A stretch of 63,999 bases of DNA, counting the filler, from Porpidia crustulata (lineage: Eukaryota): NCBI GenBank assembly GCA_964255105.1. It is 14 parts of 14 records of this genome, joined end to end, with 100 filler letters (N's around TTAATTAATTAA, not from the genome) between each part and the next. Parts side by side here need not be neighbours in the genome. Positions count along the whole stretch, not along the records: positions 27,740 to 32,250 come from CAXUWE010002063.1; positions 32,351 to 36,859 come from CAXUWE010002064.1; positions 36,960 to 41,466 come from CAXUWE010002065.1; 11 more parts are not named here. The stretch is one strand, 5' to 3'. Of this stretch, positions 28,173 to 40,201 are shown piece by piece; the first letter of the stretch is position 1; every line of letters starts with the position of its first letter. The notes below the pieces were generated by a model. It was not told the DNA's origin and ran no database searches. It was given only the letters and a program-made list of their open reading frames with translations. Both the position numbers and the translations under genes were made by a program.

Positions 28173-31100
28173 TCAAATGGAGCCTTTCAGCATATTTATG
28201 CAATTGCCCAACAAGTTTGCTGCCTCATGCAATAGCTCCCACCGACATTTGGTGAACATATCCTGCAGAATACACAGCATGCCCATACAAGCATTTCGGT
28301 CCCGGATATTTTCGAGGTCGTCGGGTTTTTCGACCCCGCCAACTCGCCCTAGAAATGCTCGCATATCAGACGTCTGTTGCTCAAGCGTTGTCATATCTGG
28401 AGGCGAGGTGAGGACTCCGTCAAGTGCATAACCATAGGACCAGACGATCAAAGCAGCAAAGTAAAGAACCCAAGGGCGGTTCAGCAGAAAGTCGTCACGG
28501 GCTGAATACCCGGCGGGTCCAAACCTCACGATTGAAGAAGGACTATGCTGGGAGCTGGGTCCGCTAGGAGTTAAAACTTGAGCGAGGAATTTGAGGGAGA
28601 AGAACGTCGCATCCCGAGCACTAGGTCTAGGGGCCCAGTGCTCCTTGATACGTCTTTGCGCTACAGCAAAGTCGGATGGTAGCGTTGTACGACCCAGAAG
28701 CCTACCGGCCTTAGCGAATATTTGGCAGCTAACGATATCCACATGCATTGCCATGTGTGCAAGATGATGCAGTACTGTACGGCTTTCGAAGATATTCTCC
28801 TCGTCCAGTCTGCCTGGGGGCTGGTAGAAAGTAGGCGCTGGATCCGAATCCTTACCTACGCTCTGATCAAAGTCTCGGCGCCAAAAGTCAAAGGCTTTAG
28901 TGAGCGTGCTTCGCCATTTATCCCTGCCACCGACTGCCGTTAAGGCACCGAAAGCACGAACTTGCACATCACGTTGGTTCATGTGCCAGCTCACACTCAG
29001 AAGCCCAGCCATGAGGGCTGTGCGCCCAAACGAGTTCGTTCTTACTGTCTTGCCGCTCAACGTGCTTTTCAATCCGGTGAGGAAGGTAATAGGCTTGACA
29101 CCGCTTGCTTGGAGACCCTGTTCGATTCGACCGACTTCGGCACTACTTGTGGCAGACCAAAGCGATTCGTCACACGGAAGAGGAAGTTTCATTTCGTGAG
29201 CCACCATCGTGGCTCCGTGCCCGAACATAGTCGCATGGATGGAATCAATTATAAAGGCTGCAAATGCAACTCTCCGAGTTGCTTCACTGATGATCCAGTG
29301 GTTCCACCATTGATCCGGGGTATTCGTAGCAGGCTTTTGCTGGCCGCCGCTGGTTGTTAGAACGGTTGACTCATCCTTAACCACCGGTGGTGAGTCAAGT
29401 CCTGAACGACCAATAAGTGAACTTCCTCTTCGCAAAAGTGTTAAAGTGGTCCCATGGTGGACGTGTGCTCTCTCGTGCAACAGTCGCGTGGAATACATCT
29501 TCTCATACACTTCAAGCAGAAGTAGTGCTTGAAACACCCACAGTTTTGCTGGTGGTATGAAATCCGAGTCCTTAAATATCTCCTCACGAAGATGCCATGC
29601 TAAAAATTTTGAAAGATCTGCGCCAGCCCTCGTAACAGTAAGACCATGGATCTTGTCGAGGCAGGATGCGCCAATCGCAATCACAGCAATCAATAGCAAA
29701 TTCTGGGCATTATCTGCAGAAAAAGTTGGCTTGTGCAGTATCGGCATTTGCGGGTGAAAGTGGTACCAGTATGACCCGATATATGTCTTCATCATTCGAA
29801 GACTCAGGACGTGACTCGGATCGTCGCGATCACCATCCAGAATTTTCTCTTTCTGTTTCCCTACAGGAGAACGATCCGTCTCGTAGAAGCGCTTGACAAT
29901 CAAGGTTAGTAGCTGCTGTCGTTTCTCCTCGGATAGTATTGTCTGTGGTAGGCCAGGATCCAAGATGCTAGTCACAGACATGGGGTGTTGAGGCGGCATC
30001 GGCTGTCCAAATTGCCCATTGAAAGACTCATCTTCAACACCATACGGAAGACGCGACAGGCTTTCCAAAGAGTTTGCGTCCCCCAACGACATAGTATTAT
30101 GTCGATGACCACTAGAAGATGAGCTATTAAGGGGTGTGTCACCGAAAAGCCAAGCAGCGAAGTCGTCCGCCATAGCAAATGGCGATCGATTGAAACCGTC
30201 ACCAGCAAAGACGGGCTCGGCAGATGCAGATCTAGCCTCGTTGACCAAGGTATTTTCTGTACCATCTGAAACAGGTATATCCAAACAGGTAGGAATTTGC
30301 ACTTGGGCTGGGGGCGTCGATACACCGGTATAGCCCATCTTCGATGCGGGCGTATGAGAAGGAAAGACAGGAGGGGGCAAGGGTAACATGGGTGGGAAAT
30401 TCTGAAGGGGTGTATACGAGCCATTTTCGCAATTGTTCTGTGGTTGTGATTGCATGGTGTACATTTGAGATGTTGGTCCAGGTTGTGTAAATGTGGAAGA
30501 TGTGCGCCAATTCGTCGGACTTGTCATCGTGTGCGGGTTGGAAATTATGGGTCTTTGCGAAGGGTTGGATTTGACAGATTCGAAGCTGTGATGCCGTTGG
30601 CTCGTAGCGAAGCTTGAAATTGCAGTGTTTCCGATCGCGCCAGACACTTCAGGCTCTCGGATTCCTGAATTGGAGTAGTATAGCTCATCCCGATCAGACT
30701 TGTTGAGGACCATCGCCGAGTTGTAGTCCTGGTGTACAGGGGCACTATGTGAATGAGGGGAAATCGTATACTTTGCTTGAGGTGCGGTGCTGTTGGGGCG
30801 CAATTGCTGTGTCTCACCCATCCGGCCAAGTAGAGAGTTACCATCGAGGGGCATTACCAATGTCACCGTGTTACATCTAGGAATGCTACTCGTCGGGGCC
30901 GGGCGGGCTGCAGAAGATGAGTGGAAAAGATGTTCCGGAGGATCTTGATGTCCGCTAACAGGTGATGAAAGAGCGGACCGATTACCAGCCGTGTACAGGT
31001 AGGGTTCTTTTCGCTGCAGGTGCGAACCGCGTGCAGTGTGCCGCTCCATGTGTCGAGCACAGAGATCTTGCCTGACGAATTCACGGTCGCACCCCATGTG

Positions 31101-31478
31101 ATCACAATAGTATATTTTTTTCGGGGTGTCTAATCCACGCTTAATCTTCGAGTGCAATTGATAGACAAGAGACGAAGACTTACGATTCAATTGATGACGA
31201 TAGAGATGTTCTGCCCTCGAGTAGCTCTTACCACAGCCTAGACTAGGGCATGGAAAGTTCTTATCCAAACCTTTCCTGCTCCTCTTCCTCTTCCTGGGCT
31301 TCCCGCTAATTGACAAACTCTGTTCATATTCTTTTTCATCACCACCACTTCCATCATCCGCCTTCAGCGTAAGACTTCGCTCTCTTTCTTGTCTTCGACC
31401 TCTAGGGGTTTCTCCTTCGAGCTGAGACTGGTCTGATATCGAGGATGGGGGGCTTTTGTACAACGACTCGCTTTTCAT
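28173..31478 (-). CDS. C2H2 zinc finger + fungal-specific TF domain protein (Sdd4/YPR022C-like)
   Basis: FPCPSLGCGKSYSRAEHLYRHQLN|HTPKKIYYCDHMGCDREFVRQDLCARHMERH after splicing intron 31130-31183; YWYHFHPQMPILHKPTF and EATRRVAFAAFIID (Fungal_trans). The start at MKSES is the likeliest, not certain. Confidence 0.9.
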   Translation of the reverse strand: MKSESLYKSPPSSISDQSQLEGETPRGRRQERERSLTLKADDGSGGDEKEYEQSLSISGKPRKRKRSRKGLDKNFPCPSLGCGKSYSRAEHLYRHQLNRKSSSLVYQLHSKIKRGLDTPKKIYYCDHMGCDREFVRQDLCARHMERHTARGSHLQRKEPYLYTAGNRSALSSPVSGHQDPPEHLFHSSSAARPAPTSSIPRCNTVTLVMPLDGNSLLGRMGETQQLRPNSTAPQAKYTISPHSHSAPVHQDYNSAMVLNKSDRDELYYSNSGIREPEVSGAIGNTAISSFATSQRHHSFESVKSNPSQRPIISNPHTMTSPTNWRTSSTFTQPGPTSQMYTMQSQPQNNCENGSYTPLQNFPPMLPLPPPVFPSHTPASKMGYTGVSTPPAQVQIPTCLDIPVSDGTENTLVNEARSASAEPVFAGDGFNRSPFAMADDFAAWLFGDTPLNSSSSSGHRHNTMSLGDANSLESLSRLPYGVEDESFNGQFGQPMPPQHPMSVTSILDPGLPQTILSEEKRQQLLTLIVKRFYETDRSPVGKQKEKILDGDRDDPSHVLSLRMMKTYIGSYWYHFHPQMPILHKPTFSADNAQNLLLIAVIAIGASCLDKIHGLTVTRAGADLSKFLAWHLREEIFKDSDFIPPAKLWVFQALLLLEVYEKMYSTRLLHERAHVHHGTTLTLLRRGSSLIGRSGLDSPPVVKDESTVLTTSGGQQKPATNTPDQWWNHWIISEATRRVAFAAFIIDSIHATMFGHGATMVAHEMKLPLPCDESLWSATSSAEVGRIEQGLQASGVKPITFLTGLKSTLSGKTVRTNSFGRTALMAGLLSVSWHMNQRDVQVRAFGALTAVGGRDKWRSTLTKAFDFWRRDFDQSVGKDSDPAPTFYQPPGRLDEENIFESRTVLHHLAHMAMHVDIVSCQIFAKAGRLLGRTTLPSDFAVAQRRIKEHWAPRPSARDATFFSLKFLAQVLTPSGPSSQHSPSSIVRFGPAGYSARDDFLLNRPWVLYFAALIVWSYGYALDGVLTSPPDMTTLEQQTSDMRAFLGRVGGVEKPDDLENIRDRNACMGMLCILQDMFTKCRWELLHEAANLLGNCINMLKGSI

Positions 31479-32350
31479 AGAGGTGATGGCATTGGTCAGA
31501 ACCATTTGCGGACTCATTACGAATAGCGGAAAGTCAGACAAGATGCTCTCAAATTAGTTTTAGCCTCATCAGATCGTATGAAAAGACATCTGAGCGAGCC
31601 TCATGCCTTAAAAGGAGTTCGATGTAAGCTTGACGGGAGCCACGATCCAGGCTGACCTCAAAGCGCTCGTGCTGAAGGCTCTAGCAGCGGGTATAAACTT
31701 AAAATGAAGGCTGCGCTGAGACTTTGTTGAAGAAGCACGATATGTAGCCAGCGACAGGGATCGGAGGTACTTTGAGATGATATTCAGACGGACTAGCTGA
31801 TCAGGGTGGTAGACAATCTACTGTGGTCAAAGCCCAGATGCAGATATGAGCAGACAGTCCATCCAGAAACGAGAGCTCAATGAGGGGGTACGTATATCTA
31901 ATGATGGTGATGACTCGCCAGCAAGAAGTACCTCGTCTAACGGATTCGGCGAGCGGCGTCGAAGCTGGCGAATTGGGGTACTTGCCTTCAGCAGCTTGAT
32001 TGACAGGCCAGAGGCGGTCGCGAGACGCCTTTGCACTGAGACAGCAATCTGTACCCGAAGGACGACAGGAGCAACGATTGAGGTCGATGGCTTATGACTG
32101 GACGAGGTCAAGCCGAGGGAGGCGAGCATTGTGGTTTTTGGGGTCGTCGCCAAAGTTGCTTCTTAGTCGATAATTGTGACTCGAGCGCGTCTAATGGGTT
32201 ACGCATTAGCTTGACAGCTACGAGGGGGGTAGGTCCGGGGAATGTGATGGNNNNNNNNNNNNNNNNNNNNNNNNNNNNNNNNNNNNNNNNNNNNTTAATT
32301 AATTAANNNNNNNNNNNNNNNNNNNNNNNNNNNNNNNNNNNNNNNNNNNN

Positions 32351-33143
32351 CCCCCCAGCCTCCTTAATCCCTCAGCGACCGCCACCGCGCACTCGTCCGC
32401 TCTCTTCTCCGCCTCGCTCGCGCCCACGGTCTGCAATTTTCCGAAGAGCCACGCTTCTTTCAGGACTCGGGTCAAGGAGAGCACGTCTTCTGCTGCGCGG
32501 ATCTATGTATTTGAAGATTAGTAGTAAAAGGCGTTGGTGGGTTGGAGAGGTTGTCTATGGGTTTGAGATGACAATCTTCTGTCAAAGAGGAGAGAGTTCT
32601 TGGGAGTCTTGGCCCCATTCTCTGGGGGTTGAGAATGAAGGCTTGTGCAGAGATAGAGATAGGACAATGGACCGTAATTTTCCCCGGACGTGGCAAATCC
32701 TATAGAGACAGAGGTCGCGTACCAAAGCCACCGTCTCAACCTCCATCTGATACGTACTCACAGCCGTAGCATTGCGGTCCTCCTTATCGACCTAGACCGT
32801 ATCCCCATCACCTGTCAACAAGCATTCGTAGACGACCCGCAATTTCACAAAATGCTAAAACAGATCCCAACCCTACTATCTCCAGCAGAAAGTTTCATAA
32901 AAATTGTAAATAAAAAGCAAAGAGCATGTGGAAATCCAATGTTCCCTGATCTTTCATAGAATAGAATAGAGGAAGGAACCTTACGGGCGCCAAAGCAACG
33001 ATGTTCTCGAACCGGCGAAGCAGCTGGGCGACATCGGTTCGAGCGCGGTCTGTGGCGAAAGTCAGAGCAGATCATTATTGTTGGCATTGGGCAGGCCGGC
33101 TTGTACCAAGCAGAGCGCCAGAGGTAGGCTGGACAGAATCCAT
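32351..33143 (-). CDS. MED22: Mediator subunit Med22 (Srb6), 3' truncated
   Basis: Four spliced exons give MDSVQPTSGALLDRARTDVAQLLRRFENIVALAP VDKEDRNATAVSTYQMEVETVAL IRAAEDVLSLTRVLKEAWLFGKL, carrying the Med22 signature AAExxLxLxRxLKExW. Confidence 0.88.
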
Positions 33144-33587
33144 TATGACTGGGAAAGCAGCCACGGACCGGGGCGCTTAGAATGCTCAACTTCGAGCGGT
33201 CGATTATGTGGACATCGATCGTTATATATTTTGAAAACCTCCGTAGCAACGTTGAGACTACTTGTATTGAAGATTTGCCACAAGATCGAAAGATGGAGTG
33301 TAGACGTGAGAAAGATTGCTGGCCAAGTGAGTGCTTTTGAGAGAGATGTATACATTTCCGACAAGAGGTGTGTACAAACCACACAGACAGACACACAGAC
33401 ACATATTCACCGATCCAAATCACCATGTCATCAAGGCAGACTTTAGGCTATTGAGCAAATTGACTATCTAAGTCAATGGCACTGGAAGAGGCAGGTCGGA
33501 GCAGGTATCATATTTAGACCGTTCCCTTCATCAAATCATCTCTCTGAACAGACCTTGGCCTCCGAAAAACGCTTTCGACAATAGCAT

Positions 33588-34480
33588 CTAGTAGTCATTG
33601 TTGTTGTCGCCATACCCACCACCAGCCTGGTTGCGCTTCTCTGCACCTTTCTGCTCCATGCCCTTGTTGCCCATCAGTCCACCAGCTTTCTCCATAAGCT
33701 TGCCCATGGTGGAGTCTGCTATATGAATTAGCAACCTAGCTAACACAAGATCAAAAAAGTTCAGCGAATTGACTTACCACCGCCTCCAGAGTGTTCAGAT
33801 GTTTTGTTGCCGTAGCCTGCACCACCAGTAGTCCCAGACCCGTAGCTGTCACTGCCCATGCCACTGCTAGTGGTTCCTGATCCATAGCTGTCATCGTCCA
33901 TTCCGCTTTTCCGGCCACCAATACCGGAGCTGGTGTTTCCGGATCCGTAGGAGTCGGAGCCCATGCCACTGCCAGTGTTTCCGGACTAGGAGGTAATCAG
34001 AGATGAGTTCTACCATGAGGCATCAATTTCGACTTACGCCATAGGTATCAGAGCTTCCGCTCATGCCACCTGTTCGTCCAGATGACTATATTTGAACTTA
34101 GTTATATTGCAAGCGAATAAAGTCTGTGATGACTTACACCGTAATTATCGCTGTTCAAGCCTGAGCTAGTTTTACTAGACCCATATGAGTCGTCTCCCAT
34201 ACCTGAACCACTCATTCCGCCGGTACGGCCGCCCATGCCAGAGCTGGTGTTGCCAGATCCATAAGAGTCGTCATCCATTCCACCAGATCGGCCACCCATG
34301 CCAGAACTAGTGTTGCCAGACCCGTAGGAGTCGTTGCCTATTCCACCACTTCGGCCGCCACCCATACCAGAGCTGGTGTTACCCTATACGATTGAAATTA
34401 GTACCAGCAAGACAGATATGAGTAACATATTTTGAACGTACACCGTAGCCCGACGAAGTGTTGTCGTCGTAATTGGACAT
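33588..34480 (-). CDS. Gly/Ser-rich repetitive hydrophilin-like protein (222 aa, 5 exons)
   Basis: Exons 34480-34442, 34383-34138, 34085-34038, 33985-33778, 33715-33588, in phase. DDSYGSGNTSSGMG repeats, then C-terminal DSTMGKLMEKAGGLMGNKGMEQKGAEKR. Confidence 0.85.
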
Positions 34481-35194
34481 GTTTGCCAATGATATTAGGA
34501 TTGATTTGAGGTTGTTGGTAAGAATTGATTGGATTGTATTAGGATGAATTGGTATTTTGTTTTGTGACTGTGAGTTTGAGGGGAGAATGGAAGGTATAAG
34601 TAGTCGAGGAGATCTGTGGTAGAGGGAAAGAAGCATGCAATTGGACAAGATTGCCATTGGATGAATGAATAGTTGGGAAGGCACGACAGGCGGTGAAACA
34701 GGAATGGTACGTTGTGCGGTTAGCTGGTCATTGGCTGCTTCACCAAGCCTCACATGCCTAGATCTTGCTTCACTTGGTGCTGCCCCTCCATAGCTGCGTC
34801 ATCGGAGCGGGGTGGGGATGTTCGCCCATATTCACTCGCATTCACTAAGGTACCTCACACCTCACCCCTCACCCCCAGTAATTTTGCTCTTGTTTGCTTG
34901 CATCGGCTCTTGGACTTGCCGATCCTTTCCCCTGCCAAGTTATTCATATCGTCTTGTTCCGTCCAATCATCACCTGCCTTGATTCGAGTCCTAACCTGTG
35001 TTACTGGCGATAGACACACACCGGCTGAATTGAAGGCACAGATGTGCCTAAACTGCTGTAAAGCAAGTTATCTTAGTATCACCAGTTGGCGTACGTGCAC
35101 AATGCTACACTACGACATTCGGAAGTCTTGGAGAAACCAAGCTTCATGCAGTGCTCCGAGGACCCAGGGGTGTCTAGTCTATCGGCATCTGAGA

Positions 35195-36326
35195 TCAACG
35201 AACGTATTTACTCTATGTGACCATTAGCCATCTTAAACCCCCCATGGTAATTAAGCTTCTCGGTATATACCATGAAGCGCTTGTGGAAATCTGAGCGAAG
35301 CAAATCCTAGATAGACCAGATCAGTGTCTTCATAGCAACCGTAGAAGACAGAAGTGCGGGCGTACATTGACGAATTCTTTCTTTCCCTTGTTCTCAGTGC
35401 CTCTAGCCTGGTTTCGAAAGACTACGTCGTCGTCCCACCTGACAGAACATCAGTTGGTCCTCATAATCTGGGCTATGTCACTCGCGTACTTCCGTTTGAC
35501 CTCAGCCTCTTTGGTGGGATTAAGCAAAGGATTGCCAAGGGCGATGTCGTGTTCTCGCTTCTCTTGCTCAACCTCTGCCTTCTCTCGCTCCTGAAATCGG
35601 GAAATCAGTCAATTGTGCAGTGTAGGACGTTCTGATATGCGTGCGTGGCCAACCTCTCTCTCTTTCTGCTCTGCTCTTTCACGCTTGATCTTCTCAAGTT
35701 CCCGAAGTAATTCTGCTGTTTCGTCTTCCTCATCGTCACTGAAATAAGTTGTCAGTAAAAGCAACGTAAATAGCCTTCTATAGCGTACCTATCCTCATCA
35801 CTACCATCACTCTTGGTATCGTCTGAATCTGCATCTATGGCTCTTGTTTCTTCCAGCACCCGGCGTCGCTTAGACTCTATATCTTCCTCAGCTTGTTCCG
35901 GACCGGCTTCTAGCTGCCGTTTGCTAGAGATGACAGAGTCGGCTTTGGAGCTTATTGCTGTAGTAGAGGGGTTTTTCTTCGAGAAGTGGGAAGCTTCTGC
36001 TTCTAACAGCTGAGCTCTTAGATCTCTAACTTGAGGATCTGCATCTCCGCCTTGGCCTGGTTGTCTATCGAGATTTAGTCTCTTTTCTGGTATTTACAGA
36101 TGTTTTTGAAATACCGAGTCTTGAGCTGAGTATGCGCCGGTAGTAGTCGTTGATGGTATGCTACACCACGCTGGGCATCTTTCCCCCGAGCCTATACCAA
36201 TCAGCTACGCGAAATTTCATTGGCGTCCAACTCTAATTGCTCACTGGATCAAAGGTGGGTCGATGTGCTATCTCATTGTTAGTATGGTACTATTCAAATT
36301 TGATATCTGAACCTACCGGTAGTCAT
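35195..36326 (-). CDS. CWC15: Pre-mRNA splicing factor Cwc15
   Basis: MTTAHRPTFDPARGK...HQRLLPAHTQLKTRQPGQ...EDETAELLRELEKIKRER...VKRRWDDDVVFRNQARG...FVN...DLLRSDFHKRFMSKYVR*; many short introns. Confidence 0.93.
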
Positions 36327-36511
36327 GATCTGCGATTGTATTGATGTGATAAGATGGTGATGTTCGTTCAGGACAAAACCCTTAGCCAAGGGTCCGCAAC
36401 AGAAGCACTAGCCGTGGATCATGACGCTAGTTACCAAGACATTTGCCCGCACTCAATGGGGGGTCCTAAACTTTCGCGAAAGTATCATCTTTTCCAGATC
36501 GAGTCGCCAAT

Positions 36512-36859
36512 ATGCCTCGAGAGGCCGAGCCATCCCTCAATGAACGAAACTTTATCCTTCAAGCCCTAAGAGAAGGTATTCGCCTCGATGGACGCCCTCT
36601 CGATGGATTTCGGACACTGGAACTCTCCTTCGGCGAAGAGTACGGCGTTGTCGACGTGACATTGGGCAAGACCAGGTATTACCGTTTGAATGCACCGATC
36701 GCTCGTCTAGCATACTGATAATGGAGCAGAATCCTCACTCGCATCTCCGCCAGCGTGACCGCTCCCTTCCCCGATCGTAAATTCGACGGCATCTTCACCA
36801 TCAACACCGAGCTCTCCCCCATGGCTTCCCCCGCCTTCGAAGTCGGCCGGTAAGCTTCC
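36512..36859 (+). CDS. RRP45: Exosome core subunit Rrp45, 3' truncated
   Basis: MPREAEPSLNERNFILQALREGIRLDGR...LGKTR|ILTRISASVTAPFPDRKFDGIFTINTELSPMASPAFEVGR (RNase PH fold). Confidence 0.93.
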
Positions 36860-36959
36860 NNNNNNNNNNNNNNNNNNNNNNNNNNNNNNNNNNNNNNNNN
36901 NNNTTAATTAATTAANNNNNNNNNNNNNNNNNNNNNNNNNNNNNNNNNNNNNNNNNNNN

Positions 36960-37245
36960 GATTAGTAGTTTGGATGATTTAAAGGGATAGGAGATGTTGG
37001 AGTGGGAGAGCAATGTATATTTGACGGTATGAACAAATAGATGAATAGACGTCAGACTTACCGCTCCACTCTCTGGCGTCCTCTCTAATCTTCTTCACCA
37101 CCTCCCTCACATCGTCGACGACTCCACAACGCGCCTTCTTTACCTTTGCCGCAATTCGACCGCACCATGTCGACGGCCGACTTTTCTCCAGCAAATTTGC
37201 TTCTTCCCCTGAGACGGGGCTCATGCTGGAGTTGGAAAAACTCAT
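36960..37245 (-). CDS. Possible 5' exon of a small hypothetical protein
   Basis: GCCACC-ATG at 37245, MSFSNSSMSPVSGEEANLLEK...REWS followed by a GTAAGT donor (~37061). No family recognised. Confidence 0.4.
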
Positions 37246-38630
37246 GGTGGCTATTGATGGTTGATGTGGGTGGGAATGGCGATGTGGGTATGTGGTGGTG
37301 ACGGTGGATGGGGATTGGGTTATGATATGGGTGAATGCTGATGAACGAATGGGCCAAGTGGAAAATAGCAAAGGGGGTTACAATATCACGGTAAACCAGT
37401 GGTTTAAATCTGAATGATGGAATTGTGGCTGAAGAAGAAAAGATAGAGAGGGTAGTGTAGAATTATATAGATGGGCAGAGAGCTCGAGTTGTAGACTTGA
37501 CCTAATCGGTGATTTGAAAATATGTTCAGGAATATTGAGATCTAGAAACCAAACTGTCGGGAATTTTGCTAGCCTTGGAGCTCTTCAATTGGATCAGGCA
37601 AAGGTAAAATAGACGGATTGGGGAAGGTACAATTCAAATCGTTGGCAGCTTTTCTGAGCACAACACTCTGTTTTTCCAAGTAGCTAGCAGCCCTTCTATC
37701 TCGGCCTAGTCTTACAACCCATGGTAGGAGTTTCGGTGCAATATCTCTTCTGTATGGTTCTGATATGTCCCCCGGAGAGCGTTTCTTGATAAACGACAGA
37801 ACTGCCCAAAAATTGACATTTCGAAAGAAGATCTCCGAGGTCTCCGCCATAGAAGGTACAGTGGAGCATTGTATGGCATATACAAAGCCTTTCGTAAATG
37901 GAGATTGTCATCCTCAGCTGTAGACTCTCCGTATTGCTAAATTTCGACATAGTATTGATTTTCCTTAGTAGGTTAAAGGTGTTCTGCTGATAGCCTCTTT
38001 GGCACCAATTTTGCAATGGTAAAAGAGTAGTTGCCAGCAAAATCCACAAAATGAGGGATTGGATGGATCAAGAGAACTTTCCACAGCCATTGATGAGTTA
38101 CTGGGTCTGAGAGTAAGCGTTCTTAGTGAAAATTAATTAGGAAATTCAAAGGCTCAACAGCAGGTTTACGTGTAGGAACAGAGCAAGTTGTGTCTTGACG
38201 AGTATCAGCAGCTCCAAGGTCTTCCATGCTACGTGATATAGTATCCAAGGCTTGGCTTTGTTGTCGTTGTGCGAGAATGCTGTGCAAAGTGTGATGTCCC
38301 CATGCAAAGCATCCTGCACATCTTGACACTCATGAGTATGTAGTCTCTTCCAAGACTGGCCTCTCCATGACGAAGCCGGTCGTTGAGATTTTGCTTTGAT
38401 AAGATAGCTGAGCCAATGTTGTAGATAGCATGATATGAACGGTGAATTGACTTTTGAATTCCCGAATTTGGAAATGAGGAGAACTTCATCTGCCCCACCA
38501 TATCTACCCCGCTATGATATATTTTCTCGAATCCCTTCTCAATTACCTTGACCCCAAAGAAAGCCCAATAGAGCAGATCTTACTTCCTCTTACAATATAA
38601 GGGCCCCGTCGAAGATACCGGCGTTGAGCG

Positions 38631-40201
38631 ATGGTCACCATCACTGATTGCATATCGAGGGATGTCAGGTTCCCTGTAAGCAAGTATTATCTCCTTGAGG
38701 CATTTTTTATACTTAACAAACTAGACTTCTCTTGATAAGACCGGCTCAGATGCAATGAATATTGCATGTAACTACTCAGCAGCCTACTGCATTCTAGGGA
38801 CCGACTCAAAATACTCGGGGCATGGTATGGTGTGTCGAAAATTGGGGGCTGTCAAGAGCCGTGGAGACTGATGAATCCTCTGCCATAGACCTTCACGATT
38901 GGCCGAGGTAACGACATAGTCTGCGCCGCAATCAATGAGTTGGCTGCTCGCGTCAAAGGACGAACCCTCGAGTCCTTGGTTGCAGACTGGGGGAAAACGT
39001 GGAGGTATTTGGTGTCCGATAGCCAACTGAGATGGATCGGGCCCGAGAAAGGCGTCATACATCTAGCGCTTAGCGCGGTGGTCAATGCAATTTGGGATCT
39101 TTGGGCTAAGATATTGGAAAAGCCAGTATGGCGGATTGTGGCGGAGATGAACCCTGAAGAATTTGTCCGTTGCATAGACTTCCGGTACATCAACGATGCT
39201 ATCACGCCCGCGGAAGCAATTGCATTACTGAAGAAAGAGGAGGTAGGCAAGGCAAAGAGAATGGCGGAAGCTGAGGCGAGCCGAGCGGTCCCTGCTTACA
39301 CGACGACCGCAGGATGGCTTGGGTATGGTGAGGATAAAATGAAAGCCTTGCTAGAAGAAACATTGAAGCAGGGATACAAGCATTTCAAGCTCAAGGTAGG
39401 AACCAGCGTAGAGGATGACAAGAGAAGACTAGGAATTGCTCGGAGTGTCATTGGGTATGACAAAGGGAATGTCCTAATGGTGGATGCCAACCAGGTATAG
39501 TGGTGTCCAAGACAGCTTCCTATGCAATTTTGCTCATTGTCTCCATCAGGTGTGGTCAGTGCCGGAAGCCATCGAGTACATGAAACATCTGGCACCGTTC
39601 AAGCCATGGTTTATTGAAGAGCCTACCTCTCCTGACGACGTACTTGGACATAAAGCAATCCGGGAAGCTCTGATACCCCTGGGTATTGGCGTGGCAACAG
39701 GCGAAATGTGCCAAAATCGCGTGATCTTCAAGCAGCTCCTCGCTTCTCACGCCATCGATGTATGCCAAATCGATGCTTGTCGGCTAGGAGGAGTGAATGA
39801 AGTACTTGCGGTCATGCTGATGGCAAAGAAGTAGGTCCAAAAGCCTCCCTTATTCAAGCTTACATAAACTTGCTGACCATTTGGCATCCAGATTCGGCAT
39901 CCCGATTGTCCCTCATTCTGGCGGCGTTGGCTTACCAGAGTACACACAGCATCTGAGTATAATCGACTATGTTTGCGTCTCAGGAAAGCTGTCTATCCTC
40001 GAGTACGTGGATCATCTACATGAGCACTTCTTCCACCCCGCAGTCATCAAGGATGGCCACTACCAGACACCAATGGAGCCGGGATACAGCGTAGAGATGA
40101 AGGAAGAAAGTATGCAGCGATACAGATTCCCCGGTGACTGGGCAGGAAGCTGGTGGAAGAGTGACGAGGCCAAAAGCATACTCGACGGTGAGAAGGTGTA
40201 G
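38631..40201 (+). CDS. lgd1: L-galactonate dehydratase-like (enolase superfamily, ENOSF1/L-fuconate dehydratase clade)
   Basis: DVRFP|TSLDKTGSDAMN, FTIGRGN, SDSQLRWIGPEKGVIHLA, IDFRYI, KLKVG, DANQ, IEEPTSPDD, ATGE, QIDACR, PHSGGVGL, EYVDHLHEHF; four introns. Confidence 0.9.

Noticed and set aside
32503..32985. Long MED22 introns as snoRNA hosts
   Set aside because: About 190-220 nt, but I found no convincing C/D or H/ACA boxes by eye.
22574..34480. Apparent stress/desiccation cluster (Hsp31, mpdA, hydrophilin)
   Set aside because: The genes are on different contigs; their proximity comes from length sorting.
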